Virus record (IMG/VR): IMGVR_UViG_3300022602_003246
Location: 1 to 53,112 of that record
DNA length: 53,112 nt
Source: a virus
Lineage: Duplodnaviria; Caudoviricetes
Strand: one strand, 5' to 3'
The notes beneath the pieces are model-generated. The model saw only the letters and a list, made by a program, of their open reading frames with translations. It did not search any database and was not told where the DNA came from. Positions 1-9,535 of the stretch are shown here, piece by piece (position 1 is the stretch's first letter; each line of letters opens with the position of its first letter). A program made the translations under genes and the position numbers.

Positions 1-1
1 A

Positions 2-364
2 TATCACGTTGCTATGGTGATTGGTGATAAGACTAATGATTATGTAAAGAGCGATTATTTCACGCTACCGTTAGATTGTATTGCAGTTAAGGGAAAGAAA
101 GAAGGCGTTAATATTCACACAGTATTAGAAATTCGAGGTAATGCATATCAATATGCTGCGGACAAAGTTCGTCATCTTAATATGATGGATGATTATCATT
201 CGCAAAAATTTAAGACTGCCGCCGCCGCGTGTAAAGCACTAATAGGTTCATTTGATGGTCAAATGGATGGATATTATGAAATGTGGATTGAACGTTGTGT
301 CGAGATGGCTGCAAATCCACCAGGCGAAGATTGGGACCAAATTTTTAGGACCAACACAAAATAA
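2..364 (+). CDS. C-terminal end of class III adenylate/guanylate cyclase (5'-truncated by window)
   Basis: LDCIAVKGKKEGVNIHTV matches the cyclase 'IxVKGK-x-P/V-x-Y' C-terminal motif, followed by a helical tail ending PPxxWDxIFRxxTK. Frame is open from the window start. Confidence 0.7.
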   Translation, partial: YHVAMVIGDKTNDYVKSDYFTLPLDCIAVKGKKEGVNIHTVLEIRGNAYQYAADKVRHLNMMDDYHSQKFKTAAAACKALIGSFDGQMDGYYEMWIERCVEMAANPPGEDWDQIFRTNTK

Positions 365-1434
365 TGGCAAATGATTTTTGTTTTTTATTGTCAAATGGAT
401 TGTTTATTAGTGACAAAGGGCATAGTAAAGAAAATATAAATTTTTCGCCTTGTTGCATTTATAAAGAGCAATCAACAAATATTGATAATAGTTGGCAAAA
501 TATTAATGCTTGGACACAGAATTGTGATAGATGTTTTATAAAAGAAAAAAGCAATAAACAAAGCAGACGCCAAGAAATTAACAAAGAATTTTCTTATGTA
601 AAAGATGCAGAACTTTCTTATCTTGAAATTGACCATAACAATGCTTGCAATGCAGCATGTGGAATGTGTAGTTCAATGAATAGTAGCAGTATTGCACAAA
701 TACTTCGTAAAGAAGGAAAAAACTTTGTTCCAGTTCCAACTGTAAAACAAAAAGAAGTATTTCAAGTCATTAATAACTTGGACTTAAGTAAAATAAAGGT
801 AATAAAATTTAGAGGTGGCGAACCTTTTTATTCTAATTTTCATCAAAAAGTTTTAGATAAAGTAGAATTTCCAAGTAACGCTACGTTAATGTATCAAACA
901 AATGGTTCAATTTATCCTAATGTTTCTTGGTGGGATAAAGCCAATAAATTTAAAGAAATACATATGTCTTTTAGCATAGACGGTGTTGGTGAAAAATATA
1001 ATTACATAAGAAGTAATTTAAATTTTGAAGCCATAAAAGAAAACATTATTAAAATTTTACAAAATAAACAAGTAAATTTTTCAGTAAGTATAGAATGCAC
1101 TTTAAATCCACTAAACGCATATTATTTTGACGATATTTTTAAGTTTACTCAAGAATTAAAAAAATATAACAAAAACATTACTTTAAATTGGCATCAATGT
1201 TGGGGCGAATGGGGTCTTGAAAATACACCACCAAATCTACGTGAACTTATTACAAAAAAGTATAAAAATATGAATTTATGTAAAGTAATTAATGATTTTG
1301 ATTTTGATGAAAGTAAATTTATTAGTTTTGTTTTATCGCTGCAACAACATGAGAAAAGATTTAATCTTGATACGATGAAAGCTTTCCCAGAAGTTTATCC
1401 ACTCATTATAGAATATTACAATAGTTTGACTTAA
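364..1434 (+). CDS. Radical SAM protein with N-terminal Cys-rich (twitch/SPASM-like) segment
   Basis: CNAACGMC (CxxxCxxC), GGEPF, QTNGS and SIDG motifs. Confidence 0.85.
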   Translation: MANDFCFLLSNGLFISDKGHSKENINFSPCCIYKEQSTNIDNSWQNINAWTQNCDRCFIKEKSNKQSRRQEINKEFSYVKDAELSYLEIDHNNACNAACGMCSSMNSSSIAQILRKEGKNFVPVPTVKQKEVFQVINNLDLSKIKVIKFRGGEPFYSNFHQKVLDKVEFPSNATLMYQTNGSIYPNVSWWDKANKFKEIHMSFSIDGVGEKYNYIRSNLNFEAIKENIIKILQNKQVNFSVSIECTLNPLNAYYFDDIFKFTQELKKYNKNITLNWHQCWGEWGLENTPPNLRELITKKYKNMNLCKVINDFDFDESKFISFVLSLQQHEKRFNLDTMKAFPEVYPLIIEYYNSLT

Positions 1435-1802
1435 CCGTTACCGCCAGCGGCTTCGTGTTTATTAACTTCTTGTGCAGCTTTCTTAAGTGTTTTTTCTGCT
1501 TCAAGTTCTACTTTTTGTGCGGCAACTGCTGCTTTAGCATCATCAAGGTGACGTTGACTTTCAATTTCTTTACCGCGCAACATAAGCACAATGTTTAACT
1601 TTTGATTAAGACGAATAAGATCATTATCTAACATACGAATACGGTCAATAAGGGCAATCAATACAGTATTAGCTTCGCTTAAAACAGGCTTGACTTCTGT
1701 TGTAGCCCATTGCCAAGTAAAAAATATCATGTAGCCAACGCCGCCAGCGGCTATAATTGGAAAGCCATATTTGTTTATTGCATCTGCTAATCCAGTTTCC
1801 AT
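1431..1802 (-). CDS. Small membrane protein, YvrJ-like N-terminus (paralog of 2132-2410)
   Basis: INKYGFPIIAAGG TM segment followed by a coiled coil. Confidence 0.6.
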   Translation of the reverse strand: METGLADAINKYGFPIIAAGGVGYMIFFTWQWATTEVKPVLSEANTVLIALIDRIRMLDNDLIRLNQKLNIVLMLRGKEIESQRHLDDAKAAVAAQKVELEAEKTLKKAAQEVNKHEAAGGNG

Positions 1803-1953
1803 TCATTGATCCCTATACCATTGTGCTTCTTTACTATTATATGTAATTAAAATTAAACGATTCGCAAAATAAACAGAATAACTTTTGCGACCAGCAAAGG
1901 TTCTTCTTTCAAGGACTAAAAAGTTATTCTGTTTAGTAGACACTGTGCATTAA

Positions 1954-2118
1954 TTACTTCTTTTTCTTTTTTGCTTTTGCTTTTGCTTTATGAACGTGCA
2001 CTACACTCTTACAAGCCTTTGGATTCTTTACAGGATCACAGCCACCTGCAAATGCTGAACTTGCAAAACCAGTTGAAGCAAATGCCATAACTGTTGCGAT
2101 TAATAATACTTTCTTCAT
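1954..2118 (-). CDS. Small secreted protein with basic tail
   Basis: MKKVLLIATVMAFAS...AFA signal peptide; AGGA SD upstream of ATG 2118. Confidence 0.55.
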   Translation of the reverse strand: MKKVLLIATVMAFASTGFASSAFAGGCDPVKNPKACKSVVHVHKAKAKAKKKKK

Positions 2119-2131
2119 TTTACTTTTCCTT

Positions 2132-2410
2132 TTAGTCCCTACGTGCGTCATTTTTACCATCAGCACGAGCAATGCGGTCTAGGTCGGGACGAACACCCAA
2201 CGCATTACTCATGAGAGTATCAATTCTAATAACATCATGGTTCATAGTCTTAACACGATTATCAAGTGCCATAATGATACCTTTAATACCATTTACGCTA
2301 CTTGTAACGCCAGCAAGAATAAATTTTAGGGTTAAAAATACAAAATAACCGCCTGCACAGGCGGCTGCTATAGGGAATCCAACTTCACCAACAAGTTTTA
2401 AAAAGTCCAT
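2132..2410 (-). CDS. Small membrane protein, YvrJ-like N-terminus
   Basis: VGEVGFPIAAACAGGYFVFL TM segment; similar to 1431-1802. Confidence 0.65.
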   Translation of the reverse strand: MDFLKLVGEVGFPIAAACAGGYFVFLTLKFILAGVTSSVNGIKGIIMALDNRVKTMNHDVIRIDTLMSNALGVRPDLDRIARADGKNDARRD

Positions 2411-2411
2411 T

Positions 2412-2552
2412 TCAATGACTCAAATAATTGATTATTACTTCCAACAACATGACACCAAGAACGGCACCAAAAATAACACCAGCATAAGTTTCATAACTGC
2501 TATAATAGCAATGCAGATGCTTTTTAAGATAACTCCACTCTTGCGTGGTCAT
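2412..2552 (-). CDS. 46-aa membrane protein (not in ORF track)
   Basis: Manual translation MTTQEWSYLKKHLHCYYSSYETYAGVIFGAVLGVMLLEVIINYLSH; GGAG SD; TAAATA upstream; abuts next gene. Confidence 0.55.
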   Translation of the reverse strand: MTTQEWSYLKKHLHCYYSSYETYAGVIFGAVLGVMLLEVIINYLSH

Positions 2553-2636
2553 GTTGGCTCCAAAAATACCTGTACTTATTTACCAATTATCGCATAAAAA
2601 TATTGACTAATATAGGAAAAATGCTATAGTTAAACA

Positions 2637-3185
2637 ATGAAACATCGTGACATAATGATTGACATTGAAACACTTGGTAACACGCCAAAAGCAACAGTTT
2701 TGACTATTGCTGGCGTTACCTTTGACCGTTATGGCGATTATAGAACAATTGCTGACCCACGTGATATGGATTATTTTTACTGTCGTGTTGAAGTAGATAA
2801 TCAAAATCGTGAAATCAATGAAGAAACTGTTCAATGGTGGGGTGAACAGGATAAAGATACACGTGATGAAGCTTTTCATCCCGATAACCGTTTACCACTT
2901 CGCGATGCTATGCTTGCGTTGAATAGTTGGGCAAGCGGTGTAGATCGTTATTGGGCAAATGGTGCTGGTTTTGATTATGTTATTTTAGAAGATATAAATC
3001 GCGAACTTGGACTACAAAGTCCATGGAAATTTTGGCAAGTATTGGATGCCAGAACAATTTATAAAATGGTTCCAGAACATTTTATACCTGGCACAAGCAA
3101 GCATCACGCTTTATGGGATTGCCTTAATCAAGTTCAGCGTTTAACTGAATGTTTTGAAATAATGGGCAGATATCCCAATAAATAA
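2637..3185 (+). CDS. DEDDh 3'-5' exo(ribo)nuclease (Rv2179c/DUF5051-like)
   Basis: IMIDIETLG, WANGAGFD and HHALWDC motifs. Confidence 0.85.
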   Translation: MKHRDIMIDIETLGNTPKATVLTIAGVTFDRYGDYRTIADPRDMDYFYCRVEVDNQNREINEETVQWWGEQDKDTRDEAFHPDNRLPLRDAMLALNSWASGVDRYWANGAGFDYVILEDINRELGLQSPWKFWQVLDARTIYKMVPEHFIPGTSKHHALWDCLNQVQRLTECFEIMGRYPNK

Positions 3186-3188
3186 TTT

Positions 3189-4247
3189 ATGCATGCTATA
3201 AAAAAATTACTAATGACCAATAAAACAGGATTAGTAAATTCATATTGCAAAATACCTTGGACAAACTTATTAATTAATGATTCAGGTTTTATGTTTGCAT
3301 GTTGGTGTGAAGGTAAAGTTAAAAAGCCAATAGGAAATATTTTAGATATAAAAAATTCTGATGAATTTTGGAATGTTTTGAATAATAATTTTATGCGTGA
3401 AAGCATTTTAAATAAATCGTATAAATTATGTCATGCATATAAATGTGAATTACTTCAAGATGCAATATTAAAAGAAAAACCATCTACAACTTTTTTTACT
3501 GATATAAAAGAAAATTTATCAAAACTTAAATTAAGATGGTTATATTTGCAAATAGACGAAAGTTGCAATTTACAATGTCCTTCATGTAGAAATGATATAA
3601 TCATACATAAAAATAATAACAAAACAAAAATTGTTAAAGACATACTTCAAAAAGTAGAAGAATATATTATAACACCAAATAATGACAGATTAACTATTAG
3701 ATTAGTTGGTAATGGTGAACTTTTTGCAAGTCATACATTAATGGCTTGGTTTTTTAATTTTGATTTTAAAAAATACGACAATGTAGATTTTTTTATTCAT
3801 ACTAATGCTACTTTACTATCAAAACATGAAGAATTTTTACTTAAAATTGCCGATAAATTAGAGGGTTTTGAAGTAAGTTTAGATGCCGCGACACCTGAAA
3901 CTTACAAAATAGTTCGCAAGGGTGGCAACTGGCAAGATGTGATCAATGGCTTACAAACAATTAAAAAACTTCGTAATATTAGTAAAAAAATAAATTTAAC
4001 AAATAGTTTTGTAGTAAGCAGTTTAAATTACAAAGATATGCCAGAGTTTATAAAATTTGCATCAGCAAATGATGCACGACTTGTTTTTTATAAAGTTCTT
4101 AGATGGCAAATAAGTGAGCAAAAATTTAAAAATTTAAATATATTTTCACCAACACATGAACTACATGAAGATTTTAATCAAATGTTAAAATCAATTAACT
4201 TTGATAATAATAAAATAGAACCAAATATTTTTAATGTAAAGATTTAA
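3189..4247 (+). CDS. Radical SAM protein with twitch/SPASM-like N-terminus
   Basis: CNLQCPSC, GNGELF, HTNA and SLDAAT; N-terminal CxxPW. Confidence 0.85.
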   Translation: MHAIKKLLMTNKTGLVNSYCKIPWTNLLINDSGFMFACWCEGKVKKPIGNILDIKNSDEFWNVLNNNFMRESILNKSYKLCHAYKCELLQDAILKEKPSTTFFTDIKENLSKLKLRWLYLQIDESCNLQCPSCRNDIIIHKNNNKTKIVKDILQKVEEYIITPNNDRLTIRLVGNGELFASHTLMAWFFNFDFKKYDNVDFFIHTNATLLSKHEEFLLKIADKLEGFEVSLDAATPETYKIVRKGGNWQDVINGLQTIKKLRNISKKINLTNSFVVSSLNYKDMPEFIKFASANDARLVFYKVLRWQISEQKFKNLNIFSPTHELHEDFNQMLKSINFDNNKIEPNIFNVKI

Positions 4248-4270
4248 TTGACAAAGACACAGATATAGTT

Positions 4271-4278
4271 TATAAATA
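4271..4278 (+). promoter_or_regulatory. T4-like late promoter TATAAATA
   Basis: Exact consensus upstream of the speD-like gene. Confidence 0.6.
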
Positions 4279-4312
4279 ATCTCTTAAATTGCTATCAACG
4301 AAGGAGACTGGC

Positions 4313-4675
4313 ATGAATAATACTTGGGGTTATCATTTGCTATTAGATTGCACAGCTGGTGATGTAAATCTTATTAGTTCAAAAGAAAATGTTTATAATT
4401 TTGTAAAAGAGTTAGTAGTTGCAATTGATATGGTTGCATTTGGTGAGCCATGGATTGAACGCTTTGCAACGCATGATCTTGGTAAGTCTGGTATTAGTTT
4501 CTGCCAAATGATTGAAACAAGTAATATCACTGGTCACTTTGTTGATGCTAATGGAAATTTCTATATTGACGTTTTCTCATGCAAACCTTTTGACAACGAT
4601 ACAGTAATCCAAACTGTTGACAAATATTTTAAACCTGAAAAGGTTCGCATGCATTACATTTCACGTGATGCTTAA
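4313..4675 (+). CDS. speD: S-adenosylmethionine decarboxylase proenzyme
   Basis: WGYHLLLDC, IETSNITGHF (self-cleavage Ser) and YIDVFSCKPFD; AAGGAG SD before ATG 4313. Confidence 0.8.
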   Translation: MNNTWGYHLLLDCTAGDVNLISSKENVYNFVKELVVAIDMVAFGEPWIERFATHDLGKSGISFCQMIETSNITGHFVDANGNFYIDVFSCKPFDNDTVIQTVDKYFKPEKVRMHYISRDA

Positions 4676-4679
4676 TTAT

Positions 4680-6038
4680 TTAAGAGGCACCCTTACCAAT
4701 ATCAAAAGTAAAGTTGCCTTTTATACCCGTGCTAAGATAAGTTTTACTGGCTTTGATTAATGCTTTGCCAGTAAACTTAGGCGGATAAACAGTTTTAAAT
4801 CCTGTAATTTTAACATCGCCACCAACTACCTTAGCATCAGTATAAACTTGAATTATACTTGCTTGATTTAAAAATGCTTGTAATGCTTTTTGGAAATCAG
4901 CATCGTTGTTTAATTTTTCTGCCACACTCTTTGCACAATTTGCAAGCAAAACATATCCAATATTATAACCTGGACTATCTTCTTTACTGCCATAAGCAAC
5001 AAATAACTTCTTTGCTGCACGGCTCATAGTTTCAGGTTTATTAACTTTGCTGTCAATATGTTTTAAAATTTCATTTTTTAACTTTTCATCAATAACACCA
5101 AGTTCAACACCAAGATTGAGTGGACTCATTTTTTGTCCGCTTGTAACCATTGTGCTTAGCACTTTTACAGCACTTGAATATTTCTTTGCAAGTTTTTTAT
5201 TTTTATCGCTAACCATTACATCGTAAATGTTTCTAACACTTGCAGTTGCACCCTTATCACCTTTAGTGCTAATACCAAGTCTTTCACCATTTGGTGCGAT
5301 AAATTCGCTATCAATGAGACTATTGTTTTTATTTTGTGGAAACCAAAAACTACAATTGCTATAACTTGTTTTTAAAATATCATTTGCAGCGTTGGAACTA
5401 TTGGCATCACTGATAACACCGCTAATCAATGCCAGAGGCGAAATAATTTCACCCAAATGGTCACGAACACTAGTTAGCTTATCGCCAAGACCAGCGAACA
5501 CCGCATCTTTTTGACCACCAGCAACCATGCGTAGTCCTTCCATAATTTCAGGACTTGCACCATTGGATTGGATTTTATTCAATAAATCATCAGCACTTTC
5601 AAAAGTGCTATCTGTTGCAATTAAATCTTGTGGAGTCATACCACTTTTTTCTTTTTCAGAAGTCTTACTTGTAAAGACCCAACCTTGTGGCAATTCTTTA
5701 TTGCTCCAACTTCCAACCACATTTGCGGGAACTGTTTTATACCAACGACCCCACATGATAATATCGCCATCTTCTGTGTTTAAGAAAACGATAGCAAAAG
5801 CATTTGCAGTTGGTGATTCACGATTTACCCAAGTAATTTCTTTGCCAGTTTTTCTTTGTATTTGACCGATTGCTTTTAGCGTTTCAGCATGGTCTTTATA
5901 AGCATTGCCTGGTTTAGTGTCAGGATACATTTCAGCTTGTTTAAAAAATGCTTTTACACCATTATCATTGATATAAGGATCGCCTAGTCTGCGTCCAAAC
6001 ATTCCCTTTGCTTCGCTAATAAACTCTGTTGCTCTCAT
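4680..6038 (-). CDS. Hypothetical protein, probable internal virion protein
   Basis: Long ORF; probable start MRATEFISE overlaps the stop of the upstream gene. Confidence 0.6.
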   Translation of the reverse strand: MRATEFISEAKGMFGRRLGDPYINDNGVKAFFKQAEMYPDTKPGNAYKDHAETLKAIGQIQRKTGKEITWVNRESPTANAFAIVFLNTEDGDIIMWGRWYKTVPANVVGSWSNKELPQGWVFTSKTSEKEKSGMTPQDLIATDSTFESADDLLNKIQSNGASPEIMEGLRMVAGGQKDAVFAGLGDKLTSVRDHLGEIISPLALISGVISDANSSNAANDILKTSYSNCSFWFPQNKNNSLIDSEFIAPNGERLGISTKGDKGATASVRNIYDVMVSDKNKKLAKKYSSAVKVLSTMVTSGQKMSPLNLGVELGVIDEKLKNEILKHIDSKVNKPETMSRAAKKLFVAYGSKEDSPGYNIGYVLLANCAKSVAEKLNNDADFQKALQAFLNQASIIQVYTDAKVVGGDVKITGFKTVYPPKFTGKALIKASKTYLSTGIKGNFTFDIGKGAS

Positions 6039-6748
6039 TTTGCTTCTTCCCAATTAGGATCAGCACGTAGATTAGTCATTAGATTATCAGCTTCTGTCTT
6101 GGGAAGTTTTCTAAGAATACTTTCTACACTACCTAAATCAGCAGCAGTTGCACCACTACCAAGTAAAACTTTGGCAACTGTTTCAATGTCATTAGTTACC
6201 ATTTCACCTTTTTTACCATCGGGTGTGCGCTTAAACAAACCTTGCCATGGACTAAACAAGTAACCTTTCATTTTTGCAAGCATAGCAATAGTTAATACTT
6301 TATTCTTGCCTTTATATGGACTGCCTTGCGGAATGGCGTGTGTATGAAATTTAGCAATAGCTTCTGCTTGTGGTGTAACCATAATGTCGGCTTGCACACC
6401 CATGCCATTTACTGGAACTAACACATGCACAATAATACCGCTTTGTGCAGTTTCAAATCCTAAGTTTCGCATATAATCAGCAAGTTTGCGACGTGCTTCT
6501 TTAGCATCATCTGTTTTAAAAAATGCTTTTACAGCATCTTCATCAGTCATAACATCAAAGTCGTTGCTGATTTTTCCTTTTACTGGATTTGCACCACTAC
6601 CAACTGGCGTTACCTTTAATCTTGCACCACTTAGTGCGTCATTTAATATCTTCAATACTTGTGGCACAACAGCCTGATCAAAGGATGTAGTGCCGATAAA
6701 CATATTGCCGCCTTCAAGAAGTATTGGTCTAAATTGTGTAAAACGCAT
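6035..6748 (-). CDS. Pol-beta superfamily nucleotidyltransferase-like protein
   Basis: VGS-x10-NDFDV (GS...DxD) and a third acidic residue in VQADIM. Confidence 0.6.
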   Translation of the reverse strand: MRFTQFRPILLEGGNMFIGTTSFDQAVVPQVLKILNDALSGARLKVTPVGSGANPVKGKISNDFDVMTDEDAVKAFFKTDDAKEARRKLADYMRNLGFETAQSGIIVHVLVPVNGMGVQADIMVTPQAEAIAKFHTHAIPQGSPYKGKNKVLTIAMLAKMKGYLFSPWQGLFKRTPDGKKGEMVTNDIETVAKVLLGSGATAADLGSVESILRKLPKTEADNLMTNLRADPNWEEAK

Positions 6749-6756
6749 ACAGATAT

Positions 6757-7971
6757 TTATTGTATCTGGATGTTTGGAAAATATCTCACAAATACATCGC
6801 CGCTATTGTTGCGAACTGCTTTAAGACGATTCACAATTTCATCAAAGAAGTTCCAAGCAAGCGGAACAAAACAAATATCTTGCCCAACATAATTTTGTAG
6901 ATGTTCAATTGGCACAACAGGAATACTCATGCCAGGCGTATATTTGTTCTGCTTAAGAGGATTATCATCAATGATAAAATCCATAATGATATTGCCAAAG
7001 TTAAGCAGTGTATTGCCTTTAGCTGGCGCACCATATCCCACAATAACACGATTATGTGCTTTGCGTTGTGCATCTAATACAATGCTTAAATCATTGACAG
7101 TTTTCTTGGCACCACTTGCCCAACGCTGATATGTTGAGTAATCATAGAGTCCTTGTATGCGTTCCCAATCCATATAACTTTTAACACGTGCAGGACATTC
7201 GGCATCAATAGAGAATACAAAGATATTACTGCCGCCATGAATAGTTCCCTTGACTACATCAATGAGATGTAAGCCAATATTGCTGGCAAGGGTATTAAGG
7301 CTACTAACGCTAAAAAAACTTCTATGCTCATGGTAAATCGTATCAAACTCGTTGTTTTGTATCATATCGCTTTGCGAGTTCTGAATAAACAACAGCGTAT
7401 TGGGATTCATTACCTGTTTGCAAAGTTCTAGGAATTGTTGTGGATTGTCTTGATGCGCAAAAACATTTTGTGCGTATATAATATCAACAGGATGCTTAAC
7501 TTTATCAATAGCATCTTGTGTTAAAAAGTCACAAATGATATTATGATTTTTGGATGAAATTGGATAGATGTTTTCAGCGGGGTCAATGCCCCACGTTTCC
7601 AATCCATACTTCTTAAAATAGTTTAACTGTGTGCCATCATTGCAGCCGATTTCTAATACACGGCGTGGCGCAACATCTTGGAAATATTCCATAACATATG
7701 CCGCAAACCACTTAAAGTATTCTTGCATGGTAAGCGATGTGCCGCTAACATAAACATAATCCTTGAAAATAATATTGGCATCAACTGCGTGAGTAAGTTG
7801 CAGATGATGACAATGCGGACAATAGTTTACCGCAAGTGGATATGACTCTTCAGGTTCTGTTGTTGTTGCCTTAAAACTATTGGCAAGTGGTTGAGAACCT
7901 AAATCTAATGTTAGCTTGAGATCGCTGCTGCCACAACATAGGCAGCGTTTAAGTGGTTTGCAATTATTCAT
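6757..7971 (-). CDS. NDP-sugar C-methyltransferase (Zn-binding N-terminus, class I SAM domain)
   Basis: CLCC...CPHC zinc motif, VLEIGCNDG, FDTIYHEH and GYGAPAKGNTLLN. Confidence 0.9.
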   Translation of the reverse strand: MNNCKPLKRCLCCGSSDLKLTLDLGSQPLANSFKATTTEPEESYPLAVNYCPHCHHLQLTHAVDANIIFKDYVYVSGTSLTMQEYFKWFAAYVMEYFQDVAPRRVLEIGCNDGTQLNYFKKYGLETWGIDPAENIYPISSKNHNIICDFLTQDAIDKVKHPVDIIYAQNVFAHQDNPQQFLELCKQVMNPNTLLFIQNSQSDMIQNNEFDTIYHEHRSFFSVSSLNTLASNIGLHLIDVVKGTIHGGSNIFVFSIDAECPARVKSYMDWERIQGLYDYSTYQRWASGAKKTVNDLSIVLDAQRKAHNRVIVGYGAPAKGNTLLNFGNIIMDFIIDDNPLKQNKYTPGMSIPVVPIEHLQNYVGQDICFVPLAWNFFDEIVNRLKAVRNNSGDVFVRYFPNIQIQ

Positions 7972-7992
7972 ACATTTAATTATCTATGGATA

Positions 7993-8211
7993 TTATAGTC
8001 CAATCATTTTTGAGTCATACTTGAAACTGCCGCGAAAATCATTACGCAGCCAATCTTCAAGAATTTCAAAACGCAGTGCGGCATCGCTGTCGCCTTCGCG
8101 TTCAAGGTCGGTGCGAGCAGACTTGCAAAAGTTTACCAAATCCGTAAGACGAATTTTATCACCATCTTGCAATGTTGCATTATGGGTTTTACCAGCACGT
8201 TGATTACTCAC
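7993..8211 (-). CDS. Hypothetical protein
   Basis: GTG start with AGGAG SD. Confidence 0.6.
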   Translation of the reverse strand: MSNQRAGKTHNATLQDGDKIRLTDLVNFCKSARTDLEREGDSDAALRFEILEDWLRNDFRGSFKYDSKMIGL

Positions 8212-8223
8212 GATAGTCTCCTA

Positions 8224-8337
8224 TTAAAACATATGCCCAAGATAGACGATTGCATCCCAAAATTTACCTGTGCTAATAGCATAGGTTAGGAAAATTAACC
8301 CAAAAAACAGAAAAGAATCCTCGTATGTAATACGCAC
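8224..8337 (-). CDS. 37-aa membrane peptide (not in ORF track)
   Basis: GTG start, AAGGAG SD; MRITYEDSFLFFGLIFLTYAISTGKFWDAIVYLGHMF. Confidence 0.5.
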   Translation of the reverse strand: MRITYEDSFLFFGLIFLTYAISTGKFWDAIVYLGHMF

Positions 8338-8367
8338 AACTGTCTCCTTTTAGGACTAATATAACTT

Positions 8368-8395
8368 ATAATAGCACATTTTAGGGCGATGTCAA
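8368..8395 (-). promoter_or_regulatory. sigma70-like promoter (divergent pair, leftward)
   Basis: TTGACA-16 nt-TATTAT with TG extended -10. Confidence 0.6.
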
Positions 8396-8409
8396 GCGAA
8401 AAATAACCC

Positions 8410-8437
8410 TTGACACGGGTAAAATATGTGCTATATT
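8410..8437 (+). promoter_or_regulatory. sigma70-like promoter
   Basis: TTGACA-16 nt-TATATT with TG extended -10. Confidence 0.65.
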
Positions 8438-8458
8438 GGGTTATAGATGGAGGCAATT

Positions 8459-8926
8459 ATGAACAAAGTTATCGTTTTTGACATTGATGGCACGATTGCC
8501 AACACTGAACATCGTAAGCATTGGGTTTCAAGCAAGCCAAAGAATTGGGCGGCTTGGAACGCTGGTATGGCTAATGACACGCCACATGCGGATATCAAAT
8601 TTATTATGGATATGTTGCGGTTTGCTAATGTAAACCATCCAGACCACGAAGATGAAATTGCTATTATTTTGTGCAGTGGTCGTGGCGAGGAAACTCGTGA
8701 AGTTACTCGTCGTTGGTTGAACGATAATGGCTTTACATATGAGCAACTGTATATGCGAAGCGAGGGCGACTATCGCAAGGATAGCATCGTTAAGGTAGAA
8801 TTGCTTGAACAAATCCGTAAGGATTGGGGACCACCGTTTTTATGGTTCGACGATAGAGAGCAAGTGGTGCAGGCGATCAGAGCAGAAGGCGTTCGTGTTC
8901 TACAAGTTGCTGACGGTAAATTTTGA
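8459..8926 (+). CDS. HAD-family polynucleotide 3'-phosphatase (PseT C-terminal-domain-like)
   Basis: FDIDGT, CSGR, LYMR...RKDSIVK, FDDREQVV and VLQVADG. Confidence 0.85.
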   Translation: MNKVIVFDIDGTIANTEHRKHWVSSKPKNWAAWNAGMANDTPHADIKFIMDMLRFANVNHPDHEDEIAIILCSGRGEETREVTRRWLNDNGFTYEQLYMRSEGDYRKDSIVKVELLEQIRKDWGPPFLWFDDREQVVQAIRAEGVRVLQVADGKF

Positions 8927-9535
8927 TTTACATTTATCGCCATGCCATCTAACAATATTTGATTTTATTGTTAGTATGCCACAATGTTCGCAATAAAATT
9001 TCGGCTGATTGTATGTTTTTCCTGTATGGGATTTAGATATTTTCAGCCGAACTTCATCTGTATGTGTTTTGCCATAAAATGGATTATTTTTTCCTGTTCT
9101 TTTTTCAGATAAATTTTTCTTAAACTTTTCGGTTCTTTTACAACCCATATTTCCTAATCTTGTTTTTTCTATACTTTCTTTTGTTCTTTTATGACCCATC
9201 AAAGTTTTTGATATCTTTTCTTTTGAATTTTGAGAAAAAATTCGACCACTTGTTCCATCACCGCCGTCAGTCATATTTCTTAAAATTCCAGTTCCTAAAT
9301 CAAGACGACCATACCAAGCAATCATACGACGCTCGATTGCTAACGCACCAATTTCTGTTAAATTGTGTTCAAGTATCATAATTTTATTTTTATTTTTTGG
9401 AACTTTTATGTTATGGTTTTTAGACCATGCTCTATCGGCTTTGCCTTTACCAATATAATATGGAGTGTTGTTTGATGCTCTTATATAAGCATATACATAA
9501 TATCCACTTGGTGGATTCGTTGGTGTAAATACCAT
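8900..9535 (-). CDS. Free-standing GIY-YIG-like homing endonuclease with NUMOD3 repeats
   Basis: YVYAY...PYYIGKG, E-rich helix, NMTDGGDG, NUMOD3-like GKTHTDEVRLKIS, C-terminal CEHC...HGDKC. Confidence 0.8.
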   Translation of the reverse strand: MVFTPTNPPSGYYVYAYIRASNNTPYYIGKGKADRAWSKNHNIKVPKNKNKIMILEHNLTEIGALAIERRMIAWYGRLDLGTGILRNMTDGGDGTSGRIFSQNSKEKISKTLMGHKRTKESIEKTRLGNMGCKRTEKFKKNLSEKRTGKNNPFYGKTHTDEVRLKISKSHTGKTYNQPKFYCEHCGILTIKSNIVRWHGDKCKSKFTVSNL

